A DNA stretch of 64,000 nt from Eledone cirrhosa (lineage: Eukaryota): contig OZ024742.1 of NCBI GenBank assembly GCA_964016885.1, forward strand, positions 279,124,001-279,188,000. The letters are read 5' to 3'. The notes below the pieces were generated by a model that saw only the letters and a list, made by a program, of their open reading frames with translations, was not told where the DNA came from and ran no database searches. The translations under genes and the position numbers were made by a program. Shown one piece after another: positions 28,453 through 49,897 of the stretch; within the stretch, counting starts at the first letter, position 1; each line of letters opens with the position of its first letter.

Positions 28453-29862
28453 CTCTGAAATCTTGACAATGTTGAAATACTATTCGGGCGTAGCACTATC
28501 TTTTAACAAGATTTTCTAAACATACAATAAAATTTAAGCATCTAACTAAATTCTAATCAAACGAACATTCAAGAAATCTCTGTCCGTGTGCTGTAATTAG
28601 TGGCATGATTATTTCCATTTATCAGAAGAATATTAGAAAAATAAAAAAAAAGGCAGTCACCCTGGCGTTTGAGGGTTAGCAACTCAAGACCTCATGCCTT
28701 GCATTTAATTGAAATAGAAAACACATGATATTCCCGCATTGATTTAGATGTTTTAACTATGTTGGCTCTCTTGCAGGATCTGTATAACTTAATTACGGTT
28801 TCGCTATGACCACCCGAATTTGTTTCTTCACAACTTTTTTAATAATGCATATTCGTTTCGAAATGCGTAAATCATGATTTTGCGGATAAAAGTAAAAAAA
28901 ATGGCTAAAACTAGCCTCGGAATTTGTTTAATCATGCCTTACAATTTCTTGTTGCTAAAGAATAAAATCCATCTGGATAATGACATAAATCTCTTAAGGA
29001 ACGGAATATAGTTTCAACAACATGGTATTGCTTTACAGAAAATATATTGTACTCTACATCTCTTAAAAAGCATATCTGCAAAATATGCACATTATTGTGT
29101 AAATTGTGAGGAAATAAGATATGGTGGAGGCCATACAACACATCTTGGTTTGACAACAACTGATATGTTTCAGAGAAATCATTGAAAGATGGTTAGAGAG
29201 AAAAATGAACCCCAACAATTGACTTGCATTTATCCACATCAGAAGTATAACATTCAAAGGTGGTCCGGAGTAAATGGCACAAAACATTCTATCAAACATT
29301 CCACACGATTCTGCCAATTATATTCTTTACCTCAATAGATATTTGGAATTGGATGAAAGACATCCTGCCTTATATTTTACCGCTAGACAATCTGGGGACA
29401 ACAATATTTTTGCATGCGTTTTGTGTCATCATGAAATCAACAGCTTTCAAGCTGGTATTTCATTCATTCCCCCACCCCGATGGATGAAAGGCAAAGTTGA
29501 TCTCAGCTTGAAACTCTGAGTAGAGAGGCCCTGAACGAATACCGCAAGGAATTATATCCATTACCGCTTCGCGATTCTGAGAAATTACAAATCTTACTCA
29601 TACGGATATTATAAAATGGGGGACATATTTTCCCCTTAATCTACCAATAGATAAACTGAGGATCTTATAATTTGCGCCTGTCTGTAGAGTTATTATGAAG
29701 TCAACGAGATGCAGTTAACTGACTCAATGTTCCTGTTTGCCACAATATTTGATGAATGTTTCCACCGAGGAAGAGAGAAAGACAGAGAGGGGTGGGGAAA
29801 TCGAGAGGTAGAGAGAGAGAGAGAGAGAGAGAGAGATGAAAGGAGAGAGAGAGAGAGATGAA

Positions 29863-29917
<55 letters not shown>

Positions 29918-29947
29918 AAGGAGAGAGAGAGAGAGATATATGAAAGG

Positions 29948-29985
<38 letters not shown>

Positions 29986-30719
29986 AAGGAGAGTTAAGTA
30001 AGAAATTCAATTTCCGTACCTGTTGAAATATACGAGCAATCAAATTGTAGTTATGAAACCCCGGTTGACAACTGTTTCATTTCCTCACCGGGAATATATC
30101 AATTTCTAATTCCCAATTTTCCTTAATCTACTAACTTTGCAGACGATCTCTTGCATATTGAAGATTAAACATTGCTGAAATACGACGCAATCACTTCTGT
30201 GAATAGACACAAGAAGACACTAATTTAGAGTGAAATAAGCCTGTATGTAATATGTAGTTGCTTGTTACCTGCATCCAAAATTCATCATTAGACTTGTGTT
30301 AAATTCTATGAATAGAACCAAGGACAGATTTTAATTTAGAGTAATGAATATGTCTCCATACCATATATAGCTTCTACCTAGCTGTGTTTAATTCATTACC
30401 AGATTGCTGTATAATTGTCCTACAAACGTGAAAACAAATATACTTCTCTATCAAAAATGTTCAGCTAACACCTAAGTAGTATTTCTATTGCTTATCAGGG
30501 CTAAATAATAAACATGCTTGTCTACATAGATTTGGAAATCGAAGCATTATTTTAAAGAAAAAATTGTGAGTGTTATCGCTTTTGGTTATTCAATTTCACT
30601 ACCCGAATAATCGACTGGATGTCAGCTAAACTCCAGGTAAACTCCAGAGTAACAGTCAAGTTTTTACCGTGCAAATATTCATCAGTCATACATGTTGATT
30701 ACTACTTCTTGTCATTTGA

Positions 30720-33655
30720 GTGCCATTCCTTCATTTAACATTGCATGATCATGTGCACGCGTGTGAAATTTCAAACCCGTTTTTGTTTTGCAGGCACGTT
30801 CACGGATGTGAAACTTGAACTGTTTGACTCCTGGTAATATCACGTCTGGTCAGTGCACCAGCTGATTTGTAAAGTTAACACACTCACAGGAAATGTACAG
30901 TGGAGTGGGTGGCGGTAGAACTATCTCACAGTTGGCTCGATTTCTCCCTGGCTCATGTGATTACAGATGGTCGACAAATCCAGCTCTTATTAGAAGCAAA
31001 TCGGCCACGTACATTGCAATTCAATTCCTGCTGGATCTGCAGGAATTGCACATGGGTCCCGCTTATGGAGTGAACGCTTCAGAACAGCATGCTCTACTCG
31101 TTTTTTCTCAAAGACATCACATCAATAGCTGGTGATCTTTCTCTATGAAGTATGGCTTTCATCCAGTCTCACTCAGTTCTCCATATAATCTTCAGAACTT
31201 TAAGATGGTCATTTATAACATCATTAAACCGCTTCTTTGGTTAAGATGTAGTTTTTTCATCTAGTCAGCGCCCCATAGAATAATTCTTTAGGCAACCTTC
31301 TATCTTCTTCCTGATCACATGACCAGCCCAACGCATCTGGTTCATAATAATCCCCCTCACCATACCGGTGCCGCCTGCTTTCTCAAGTACAGCGGGATCA
31401 GGTGTGTAAGAGGACCAGTTGATGTTCAGTGTGCGTCGGATACAATGCTGATGAAACCTTTCCAGCTGCAGATGTGATGCTTTTAAGTTGACAATGTTTC
31501 GCATCCGTACAGTAGGGCTGTAAGAACATAGGCCTCATACACAGAGGGGTTGCTCGTGATACACCAATTTGATTGGACTTCCTTCCCAAGTTTCCCGAAG
31601 GCAGGATTTCCTTTCGCAATCCTGTAATCTATTTCAGCACCGTGGATACATCACTACTAAGTGTACCTCCGACATACCACCTCAAGTACTTTTCCTCTCG
31701 CGAAAATTATGCTCCACATACACAAGCCAACTGGTGGAGTGTACAAAATCTTTATCTTTTTATACTATGCATTGGAGCTGTTCAATATCAACTACATATC
31801 CTCTACAGTGTGTGCAACAAAATTTGCATCATAAGCATAAAGAAACCCCTTAACAAGCGTGCCAAATGTTTTGGACTTGGTGTTAAAATGTCTTAGATTA
31901 AAGACTTTGCCAGTGGTTTTAATTTGCAAGTATACACCGATTTGAAAGTTTTGGAAGACATTGTCAGCAGCACGGTGAATGTACACTATTGAAGTGCACT
32001 TTTGCTCTCATCTTTGTAGGATATTTTGAATATTCTAACACATTTATGAGGGCATCGAAGTTTCCCCAATATAACCTACAATGTACTACGATTAACGGTA
32101 TCGAAGCCTTTGGTACGCTCCACAAATACTCGGCACAATGGCACTTGCTACTCAACACATTTTTCTATAAGCTGAAGGACTGGGAAAATCATGTCCATAG
32201 TATCCCACCCAGCTGTGAATCCACATTAATAGAGGATTCAGCAAGACCTTGGATAGCACGTTTCCTACCAATTCTAGCAGACCTATCCCACGATAATCTC
32301 CACATTCAGACTTGGAAACCTTGACCGTGAGAGCAAGATTGAATATACCGTCTTGCGGAACAGGCATACTATGCCATACATACAAGTCTAGTCCATGAAT
32401 GGCTGTAGAAACATTGTATCCTCCGAAGTGGATCAGCTTAACAGGTATTCTGTCCAAACCTGGATATTTCCCGATGCTTATCTCATTGATAGTAGCCCTT
32501 ATCTTATCTCTATTACAATCTTTTGCGGCAGTCTATTAATAATTTCCACACCAACTACAGCTGGGTTGTCAAACAGATCTCTTTAAAGTGTTCAGTCCAC
32601 CGACTCATGATTCCTGCTGGATCTTTGATGAGGATACTGCCATATTTTGATTTCAATGGTGCCATTATTTTAGGGATATGGGATAATAACGTCCCATATG
32701 TTGCTACATAATGCTTTTAAGTCTCTGCCTTTATAAGCCTTCTGCAAATCTGCTGAAAAATCAGACTACACGTTATTCTTCATCTTTCGAGTTTCACATT
32801 CAATTTTGATTTTGCTTCTTTGAAGGCTTTCTCAAAAGGGATCCTCAATAGACACTCTGAAACGAGGCACGTTTCATACAGCTTGTTATTCTCTTCAATG
32901 ATTATAGTGATTCCAGCATCATTATCATCGAACCAGTCTCTGCGATTTGTCTTCGTACGTCCGAGTACATCAGCCCCAGAATTTTAAACCTATGTTTTTA
33001 CCTTCGCAAGTTCCACCAAAGACGACGTTTTCTAGAGCATCACGCATTTCTAAACTTTGCGAATTGGACACATCAATACGTTTGGACACCTGAACACCTG
33101 TTGGCCTCATTTTTTTATGATCTGCTGATTCATCTTGCACGTGCAATTTTGTGATCTGTACGACATTCTGCACAGTGCATTACTTTTACAGGGAAAATAT
33201 TCTAGAGGTCTCATTTTTGGTGATGAATTCATCAAAGGTGTGTCCATGTTTGGATCTCGGGTGTATCAATGATGATTTGTGGATCTCATTTTGTTGAAAA
33301 AAGTATTACACATAATCAGCTCAAACTCAGTGCATATTTGCAAAAACGGAAACCCATTGGCTTTCATCTTGTCCATGTCTTGACGTCCTAAAAGACACAT
33401 GCAAAGAATACCGCCCACACCAACTTGTACATATTTACACACCCACAAAATATATACATATATACACACAACCAAATGGACGTTGACTCTAATGAGTTCC
33501 TCTGCTCTTTGTCAGGTCTATTTTTTCCTCATGCACGGTGTCCATGAAGCGTGATGGAGTTGCCGATTTAATTGTTACGTACCCGACCATGTGACAGGTT
33601 GCACTGGATTAAATGTTACCAGTAGCATTCAGGAGCGAAATGACAGTTAAACGTA
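30720..33655 (-). mobile_element. Heavily decayed RTE LINE (most of the APE domain deleted)
   Basis: ELIMCNTFF, FLYAYDANFVAHT, LERFHQHCIRRTLNINW..MRWAGHVIR; C2H2 relics at about 30750-31025; 5'UTR at 33480-33650. Confidence 0.8.
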
Positions 33656-33990
33656 CATACATACAGGGACCTTGTTTGCCTTAAAAATAAGAGGGGGACA
33701 AAACGACATTTGTTGATTCTTGAAGGAGTATAAATTGCTTATGGTGCCTTTCCCGGACCCTATCACATAAGCAACATTTTACGCTAATTAAATTTTATAT
33801 ATTCAAATGAAGTTCAGACATGAAAAAATAAACTTAAAAAGAATTTATCATATCGAATAAACAAAAAATAAAATATACACGTTTGAAAAAAATGTCTGTG
33901 TGGGGGAGGGGTTGGGTGTGGTACCCCGCTGAATCACATATGTACACACACAGATTCATACACACATATATATATATACATATAAATACC

Positions 33991-34028
<38 letters not shown>

Positions 34029-34315
34029 CATAGAAACATACAAAAACAGAAACAGGTGTATGTAGATAGTTAGTTCATCGTAAAACAATGAACTCACTAT
34101 CTACGGACACCGGACTTCTGTTTTTTCTATATCCTTCTTTGCGTGAACACATACCTTGGCTGTAACCCGGTCGCATTTTCATGGACGATACCTTAGATGG
34201 TGATCAACTACCACAGAAAGTACTGGTCATTGCGTAAACCCGCTGCAACTATCCTACCAAGGCTACACGGAATTCTGAAAACGCTATCAGCCCTGTCACA
34301 ACCAGGTTCATCATG

Positions 34316-34426
<111 letters not shown>

Positions 34427-35385
34427 ATATGGCATATTATTTCAGTGTTGAATACTCTTATTTTCCTTTGTGTTTACAATAGAGGTTTCATATTTAATTG
34501 TTTATATAAATGCACAGAAATCACAACTTTATATAATCACGTAGGTGATTACATAAAGCTAATTAACATTAATTGTTTCTACTTTTGGCACAAGGCCAGC
34601 AATTACCCACTACATTAACATTAATAAAGGCTCAATATACAAACTGCTACAAGAAAGGATCAATTCAAATGTTGAAAATAAATACTACATCTAATCTTTA
34701 TCTGATTTGATTAATTGATTAAACAGTGAGGGATTCCCAATAAATACGAAATATAAGTATGTATGTTATCTATATACTACTAAAACTATGTGATTGTGTC
34801 CTTGTCCGTAATCTAATATAGCCAAAATGGTGCACAATGGGAAAATACTTTGAAAGGAAGTCGACCCTGAAATGGGAATACAAATGGAATAAAACAAATT
34901 TCGTGTAAATCAGAGCACGGGATTCCGAGATACGGCGTTTTTTCAGGTATCTTCATGATAACCAATAACCCTCACTCTGTATATTATCAACCCCTCTCTT
35001 TCTATATAGTATAACCCGCGCTCTCTATATATTATAACCCTCTATCTTTCTATATATTATAACACTCTCTCTATATATATTACTAGACTACCCTTGGCAC
35101 AACGGGTCACACGTGGTCTAATGAACAGATATATATATACATGTGTCGATCCAAGGCGTGCTAGGGAAATAGTGTATATAGAAACAGTCGAAGCTCTATG
35201 TTGTATTCTTGAAAAGGACTCCATTTCACGTCGCATTTCATGATACGGCTGGGTCACCTGTCTGTAAAATAACCAAGAAAACTCTTAAGTGATACAACCA
35301 CGTAGAAGGAAAGCTAAACTTACATAGGTCCGAGCTGTAAAAACAGACCTGGGGCACCTATCATGGAAACAAATACGAAATATAT

Positions 35386-35575
35386 AATTGTTTCTACTTT
35401 AGGCACAAGGCCAGCAATAAACCAGTGCATTACTGGTACTTTATTTTATCGACGCGCTAAGGATGAAAGGCAAAGTCAACCTCGGCGGGATTTGAACTCA
35501 GATCGTAAAGGGACGTAACTATGCTGGAAAGCATGGCGTCCGACCCTCTACCTATACTGCCAATCCACCGCCCCT
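35386..35575 (-). mobile_element. tRNA-type SINE with 18-bp target-site duplication
   Basis: A/B-box-like motifs; AAATACGAAATATATAAT at 35371-35388 and 35581-35598. Confidence 0.9.
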
Positions 35576-35950
35576 TATATAAATACGAAATATATAATGT
35601 GATGTAACCTTGTGTGAGGATAGCTACACCTACAAAAGTTTGAGCGGCATATTTCTTCTTTTTTTTTTTTTATAATTTAAAAATATATATTCACTGATGA
35701 TGATGGTCTATTTTTAAACTCTAAGAAACAGTGCCTGATCAAACAGAAAAATTCGTAAAACATTACTTTGTCACGATGAGACCACTTAACACGGGCAAAA
35801 GGTCCTTGCCGTGTCAAAGAAAGCAACTCGCTTGATCCTTCGTTCTGTTCGAAAAATCACTTAGTTTCGGAAGCATATAGAAATACACATATTTACGAAC
35901 AAGATATTTGAAATTTTACTGAGTATACATACATACATACACACATCCAT

Positions 35951-35986
<36 letters not shown>

Positions 35987-36289
35987 GTATATATTTGTAT
36001 ACATACTCACATGTATATACAAATATATAAATGTAATGCATTTATTTAATTAGTACGCTTATACATATACGTGCATAGATATAGCGGGTGGTAAATCAGA
36101 TACACATATGTTCACGCATGTACACGTAGACACAAACGAAACACGCATAGCCATAAACAGATAGACACGTCCACACACACACAAACGTACACCCATACGC
36201 ACATACCTACAGACACACACACAAAACAGGGGTGCACATTATGTATGGGAAGATGCAAGTGTATATGCATCAGTGAAACTGTAGGTGTG

Positions 36290-36355
<66 letters not shown>

Positions 36356-36498
36356 CATTATGGAAGTAAATTGACAGTAACATATGTATATATATATATA
36401 TATTTGAGCCTCTATATGTATTTATACCCGTTTGTGTGTGTGTGTGCGTCTATACATGTATATATATACGAATCTGTGAGCATATATATATGTGCATA

Positions 36499-36529
<31 letters not shown>

Positions 36530-36535
36530 GTGTGA

Positions 36536-36611
<76 letters not shown>

Positions 36612-37929
36612 GTATATATATATATAGAGAGAGAGAGAGAAAGGGGGAGAGAAAGAGAGACAGAGAAAGAGATGTACTTACTTCCGAATATGCCTGTATA
36701 TGTGTGTAATCGTGTAAATATATGATTATATGTGTCTGTGTATTTGTCTTTTGATTCTTTCCAGTAATAGGCAGTGACATTTAAACCTGAAGATAAAGCT
36801 GCCATTTTGTGACCCCACGATGGCAGATGTATTAAGAAGACATCACATTTTAGCATTAAACAAACTACTTTGCTACTATCGGAAGAAAACATGTCGATCG
36901 AGCTTGCATTAAATGGCGTTTGGCTTAAGTCTCGATTGTAGTGCTTTCTATATTTGTGGTAATTTTACCTATATGTATGCATGTATGTACGTTTGTATGT
37001 ATGTATTTATGTGTGCATCTGCGTATGTATATATATGTATGTATACGAACACACACGTACGTATGTATGTATATATTTATGTTTCTGTGTGAATATGCGT
37101 GTGTGTGTGTGGTGGATGTTATTTCTCGCAACAATGGAACTTTTCTCATAACTTGTATGACATTTGAGCCATGGTGTGCTTAACATAGCGAATGACGTTT
37201 ACGAATAAAAGTATTGCATTTATCTTGTTGATGCAATGCTTACAATTAATAACGCCATGTGGCGAATCGGTATCGTCTTCAGAGCTGGGGGATTAAGTGT
37301 CTTGCGTTATTTTTTTATCAGGCGCTCTGAGTTCGAATCTCACTGTAGTTGTATAATTTCTTATCGTCATTATTTCAAAATCCTGAGATCTTTATCTCTG
37401 TTTCTCTCTCTTTCATTTCATTTTTTCTGTCTTATTCTATTTCTGTTACTCTTTATTTCTATCTCTCTGGAAACTTACCGGGAAATGTCCGAGGACGAGA
37501 TGTATGGCGGTATTTTTTATCGATGTAATATTGACTCATTCTTTTGAGATAAATAAATATAATACTAGTCTAGATCTGAGGTTAGTTCTTTTGGTGGTCT
37601 CTCTCTCTCATCCTATTATACATAGTAGTTGTAGCGAGGAATATGTATTTATAATCTTGGTAGATTATAATTTGGGCAGATGTCAGTTTCGAAACAACTA
37701 TCAATAAATATTCTCTTCCTTGCTGATTTTCATTGAAATGTTCACATCTACACGGCTCACGTTTTCTCTCTGGGAAATAGCAATATAAAGCAATGGATCG
37801 GCAAAATATGTTGTCGAATTGCTTCCGGTTCTTTGTCTTCTGAGTTCAAACCCAACATCTGTCACTGCAAAAATGATAACATGCGCCTATCCTTAAAACA
37901 TCAAATAAACCTATTCGGAAATATTATTA

Positions 37930-38110
37930 TGGCAGTATCGGTAGAGGGTCGGACGCCATGCTTTCCAGCATAGTTATGTCCCTTCACGATCTGAGTTCAA
38001 ATCCCGCCGAGGTTGACTTTGCCTTTCATCCTTACGGGGTCGATAAAATAAAGTACCAGTAATGCACTGGGTAATTGCTGGCCTTGTGCCTAAAGTAGAA
38101 ACAATTATTA
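37930..38110 (+). mobile_element. tRNA-type SINE
   Basis: TGGCAGTATCGG (A box-like), GAGTTCAAATCC (B box-like), same body as other copies. Confidence 0.9.
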
Positions 38111-38116
38111 GAAATT

Positions 38117-38311
38117 AATTGTTTCTACTTTTTGGCACGAGGCCAGCAATTATCCCAGTGTATTACTGGTACGTTATTTTATCGACCCCCGTAAGGATGA
38201 AAGGCAAAATTAACCTCGGCGGGATTTGAACTCAGACCATAAAGTGCCGTAACTCTTTGGTGCAAAGCATGGCGTCCGACCCTCTACCGATACTGCCAAT
38301 CCACCGCCTTG
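38117..38311 (-). mobile_element. tRNA-type SINE inserted tail-to-tail at the previous copy, 16-bp TSD
   Basis: ATTATTAGAAATTAAT at 38104-38119 and 38314-38329. Confidence 0.9.
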
Positions 38312-39404
38312 ATATTATTAGAAATTAATGCGGTTAAATCTACATATGTGTGAATAAAAACTACAACAGGCAACTGACCATATATATATTATTTATCAAC
38401 ACCGAAAATATGAAAGGTACAATTGACTTCGGTGGTATTAGAACACGAAACAGTGAATGTCGGTAAATTTTTAAACACTTGGTCAATTATCCGCCTATCA
38501 CTTAGTTACGAAGCAAATACATAAACTATACGAAATAAGTTGGAAGTTTGAAAGACGACATCTCCATCCTCGGCCTAACTGGTCCGAGATCAAATCCCAG
38601 TAGGCGTTGCTGAAACGAGAAATAATGATATTTATAATTTCTGGAAGAGCTTTAATGATTTTTATGTGAATCTGCCGGGGAATGATAATTGCTATTGACG
38701 CCACTAATTCTGATTTGTTGCATATTTAATTTGGGAGAACATAAACATAGGCATATGGCCAGCATATTGGAACATACACAAGCGCATAAAGACGCACAAA
38801 TAAAAATATACAAACTTATATACAAAAAAAAATAGCCGCATACAGTTATATCTAGACACCATTTCAAAATTATATAAACATACAACTCATGTAGACATGC
38901 CTGTGTCTATGTGTGTCCTACCACTATATATATATATATTATAATTTGTTGACCTATATCAAATGTCGAATAAACCTGGCTGCTATTTTTAGTGGTGTAT
39001 GTTGGTGAGAAACGCTAAGATACCATGTGCGTTATTATATATAGTACACTATTCAGTCTCTTAATATACTTAGAAGTGTCTAGGATACTAATTTGTCACC
39101 CACTGATGAGCAAGAATAGCTATATCTACTCACAATTAATTAGTATTGCGAAACAGCACCAAGCTGTCTGTGTGATTGGTAGTTACCACAATTCCAGTTT
39201 GTATTGAGTTTTTTGATTTTTTCTTAAATTGAGACAGGCAAACCTTATACTTATTATTCTTTTCATTTCAGCGAATCTGGTCCCTTGCGATTTGAACACA
39301 TATATGTATATATCTGTGTTCGTTTTTCTTTTATAATAAATTCCAATATACGCCTCGGAAAAATCACTTTCTTAGAGCTATTTTAGTGTATCAATATATG
39401 GCTT

Positions 39405-39494
<90 letters not shown>

Positions 39495-39748
39495 TTGAAA
39501 GGAATTATTGACATGATTTTTTTTCATTTTTTCCTCTCTTTACGTTGATTCACCCATCGTCTCTGTTTACATGTCTTTCTCTTTCCCCAACTACCTCTTT
39601 TTATCCCAATAACTTTATTTATTTATTATTTCGCCCTAGGCTGAGGTATCTTGTCTCTAACGCGACGAAATGCCTATGATGCCTAGGAGATAACTGATGA
39701 TGGATAATTCTAACTTCTAATTTCTAATTTTTCATCATATATATATAT

Positions 39749-39787
<39 letters not shown>

Positions 39788-39789
<2 letters not shown>

Positions 39790-40295
39790 GAAGGATTTTA
39801 ATGGATACAGTTTAGTTTAAAGGAATTAATTGACACTTTTTCTATAACAGTTACATAACCTGAAAACAGCTGCTATCTACAAAGTATTAGTTATGCAGAC
39901 ATTCAATATTTCAATGTTATTATCAACTGTCATTTCATCGGAATAATTTTACTGAGGACCTGTTTGGTTTTTATAGAGAATATTCTTAGAGAATATTCTA
40001 TAAAAACCAAACAGGTCCTCAGTAAAATTATTCCGATGAAATGACAGTTGATAATAACATTGAAATATTGAATGTCTGCATAACTAATACTTTGTAGATA
40101 GCAGCTGTTTTCAGGTTATGTAACTGTTATAGAAACACGTGTCAATAAATTCCTTTTAACTAAACTGTATCCATTAAAATCCTTCTATTTTTCTCCGGAT
40201 TACTTTTGGAACTACAACTGGAACCGTCGAGCAAACTCTACGTGAGCTGTCCATCTACTGTGTGTAATAGTTATATTACAACACTACGGAAAATA

Positions 40296-40298
<3 letters not shown>
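39788..40298. mobile_element. Fold-back element (about 190-bp arms, 39788-40187) in (TA)n with long-stem-II hammerhead (40028-40148, +)
   Basis: TTATT-CCGATGA-aATGACAGTTG..TAACTGTTATa-GAAA-C acgt G-TC-AATAA; mirror copy mutated in stem III. Confidence 0.75.
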
Positions 40299-40343
<45 letters not shown>

Positions 40344-40388
40344 TCTATAAGTGTTAAAATGATCATATTTAAGTTTAGGACATTTATT

Positions 40389-40435
40389 TGCTGACAATTG
40401 TTTCTTCCAGACGGAAGTCTGGATTCATCAGAGCA
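40389..40435 (-). ncRNA. Minimal type I hammerhead; degenerate copies at 41296-41342 and 15564-15610
   Basis: TGCT-CTGATGA-aTCCAGAC ttcc GTCTGGAa-GAAA-C aatt G-TC-AGCA. Confidence 0.85.
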
Positions 40436-41330
40436 TAGGGAATGTCGAAACATGTTACTAAAATCCTAGTCGTTTAGAACATTTAAAGTACATAATATTT
40501 TACATACTCTATAAAGATTAATTCATAACACTACTACAATATTAAAACAACCTTTAATTTATCAACAACCCTTAATTACCTCTTTTTGTTATTAACCCCC
40601 TTTACAACTTCCTGTGTAAACTCATAAATTTAAGCAACCTAATGGTTTACCAACAGCTTAATAACGGTTAATACAAACACTAGAAAAGATAATTTGTTGA
40701 TAAAAAATGCATAAGATAATATACCAACAATAACAACATGGCCAGTAATCCTATTGACTATAAACGACTCAATATAATGCCATGGTTAATAGCTGTGAGT
40801 TACAAACAACATATACACATACATACGAACTACAACACAAAAACACTTGAATGAAAATCACATATCCAACTCTATCAAGTGCTTTGCATTCCACCTTACA
40901 TAACAATACCTACATTATCACCACGTGCTCTCTAACAAATTGCACACCATCTTAAACATTTATAACTATTATAACATGTTTTAACACTCCACACAAAATA
41001 TGTTTATTTCAACTGCATTATATCTCTTTCCTTACACATGCCTTATTGACTGTATTGACTCTTGCATTGTACAACAATTTTCCTTGCATATAACTTTTCT
41101 GCTGTATTTTTTTGCTTGTGCTTTTCACTTATACTCCTTACACTTTCAACCAGTGCTGCCTGTAATTGTGTTCTCTCGAGCAGGGTATCTGTTTAACTCC
41201 TGACTCTCGAAATGATACCTATGACACTAACAAAAATTATGTACCTAAATGTTCTAGATGACTAGGAATTTAGTAAAATGTTTTGACATACGCTATGCTC
41301 GGACGATACCAGACTTCCCTCTGAAAGAAA

Positions 41331-42367
<1,037 letters not shown>

Positions 42368-42373
42368 AAACTC

Positions 42374-42750
42374 GGTCACTTCACACAGGCAATACTAGAC
42401 TGCGTGCGGGAGGTGTAAGGGAGATAACTTCAAAAGTCCGGAAAGTTTTTAGGTTGAAAATTAAATAAAAAATAAAAAATAAAATTACAAGGTTCCGGAC
42501 TGATTCTTTGTAATTTTATTTTTAAATTTTTTTATTTTATTTTCAACCTAAAAACTTTCCGGACTTTCGCAGTTATCTCCCTTACACCTCCCGCAAGCAG
42601 TCTAGTATTGCCTGTGTGAAGTGACCACTTTTCTGCGCATGCGCGTTCGTACGGTTGTCCTTCCTGTACCTATAACCATACACATCCCGAGTTGAAGATC
42701 CGCGAAAGTGAAACAATTGTTCTCGGAATGGTGAACTAACTGTTGTGTAA
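42374..42750. mobile_element. Fold-back element (about 117-bp arms, 42374-42626) with degenerate HHR at about 42687-42726 (+)
   Basis: CCGAG-TTGAAGA-(weak stem II)-GAAA-C aatt G-TT-CTCGG. Confidence 0.65.
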
Positions 42751-42752
42751 CC

Positions 42753-45372
<2,620 letters not shown>

Positions 45373-45378
45373 TATATG

Positions 45379-46905
<1,527 letters not shown>

Positions 46906-47067
46906 TGAATATGTATCAATGTTTGAATATGTATTGGTATGTCTCTCGGCTGAAAAGGAGGTCATATAACTGTCCATGCATTAATAAATTGCTCCGAAGA
47001 ATCCAAACCTCGGTTTGGAGGAAACAGCTGTAAGCACAATAATGTTTTGAACAGTTCTTTGATTCTT

Positions 47068-47865
<798 letters not shown>

Positions 47866-48563
47866 CACTCGTACACAAAATTCCATTGATCTGGGGACAT
47901 TGACAAGGAGGTTGAATGATTTTGTTCGACCGTCCCATGCGTCTCGTTCTTTTCGTATGCATATTTATTATATACCCACTGTAACGCAAGGGATTCCTTC
48001 TATGAATTAACTGTATCGTTAGTAGCTCTGCAATGCTCTCTTTTCTTGTTTCCTCATTCTATATTCTCCGTTCCGCTGTTCTGCTTGTTGACACATTCTT
48101 AGTTACAAGACTTCAATATCTGCTCAGTCTAATTTATTCCTTCCCTGTCTGTCTCAGAAAGCGTCAAGATATGTTTGACGTTTCTCCTCATCATCTACAA
48201 TGTAGATTCTACATCCTTGACGATAAATTATTTATATATCTCTGCTTTCTCCGATTTGACTTTCACAAGTCGTACGACTGATTATTTTTATTATTTCTTT
48301 ATGTACTCACTGTACCAGTTGAAAGACATTCATTAGTTTTACTCTGTCTCGATATTCTGTAATTTAATGATCATATTTCCCTGGTGTTTGTACAGGCGGT
48401 CGCGCGATACGGTGTCAATTTGTGGAAATCCCCACTTTAAGCACGGAATCACATTGGCCAGTGGGTAATTAAGAACGAAGATGTATGCATTTGTCCTTTC
48501 ACCCCGATTGTTTCGTATTTCCATTTTCAACTGTTCTCTCTCACTTTCTCTCTCACCCTCTTA

Positions 48564-48619
<56 letters not shown>

Positions 48620-49657
48620 ATCTCCCCCCCCTCTCTCTCACTCTCTCTCTCTCTCTCTTTCAATCTGTATATCTGTCTTAGTTAACCTGTTGGACATCAC
48701 AGATATCGGTCGGCATTTTTGGTTATCTGTAGGACTATCATTTGAAAAGTAAATCTCAGTTCTAATTTGCTTATAATCAATATCCAGTACATTTCCGCAA
48801 AGTTTCCTGGAGTTCGATACCAAGTGTGGTCCATGTGATAGACGTGTTTCAACACTTTCTTATATAAACTGTTTGAATTGTTATATTTCTTCGGTTATTA
48901 TCGACCTGTTTATTCTATATGGGTACAGCTCTCCTATGAACGAATCACTATAGATGAGCTCCGAAATGAATTATCCACGCACATGGTAACGTTATCGTTG
49001 AGCAGTTTTAGAGGAAGAGATATCGAAAACCTACGTTGGATTCTGTGCCTCAGACATCATATCTTTCTAAATTCTCCGCTATAATTCACTCCACGTATCA
49101 TAACTTGACTGTTTAAGTCACTTTTAATTGTCCGAGCAAATTGTTGCTATTTTTAACATCCTCCCGTCAAACATCCCGATATCCCATTTCTTGCCAGATG
49201 ACTGTAGATAGCAGAGGCATATCTTCACCTCTGTGTAGACAGGACCATTTTCGGCAGTTGAAAAGAAACTCCCAGCCTTAATTTGCCAATAATCAATTTC
49301 CAATACATGTAATTGGCACATTCTTTCGGAGGCGGAAAACAAATTTGATCCAGGTGATATAGATGTAAGCATTTCAACTCTTTCTTACTTAAACTGTTAG
49401 GATTCTTAAAGTTATTTGATTGTTACTAGCATGTTTCTTGTATATGAGTGCCGCTTTCCTATTAACAAATTACTATACAGGTTATCTCTCTCTCACACAC
49501 ACATATATATATATATGTATATATGCATACATATATATATATGTATATATGCATACATATATATATATATATATGTATATATGCATATATATATATAAAT
49601 AAATAACTAAATATATATATATATATACAATGGAATATACGCATGAGAAGGTTGGCA

Positions 49658-49756
<99 letters not shown>

Positions 49757-49897
49757 AAAAGTGAAAGAACCAAATAGAGTGATGGTTACTTACATACATA
49801 TATTTATATCGACTAATGAATTGAATTTTCAGTGAAAAATACTTAAGTTAAAATGAATAAAATAGAAACAAGCAAGCAATTAGATCAACATTAAATA

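Noticed and set aside
28700-29450. Possible decayed DNA-transposase fragment (a similar guess applies to 58700-59900)
   Set aside because: No diagnostic motif recoverable by eye
34769-35175. Helitron-like termini (TCTATATACTACTAAAA; hairpin plus CTAG) around a roughly 23-bp minisatellite
   Set aside because: Ends are in inconsistent orientation and too short to support a call
39634-39688. HHR-like CCTAGG-CTGAGGT..GAC-GAAA..TG-CCTAGG
   Set aside because: A9 lost and G at the cleavage position; at best a dead relic
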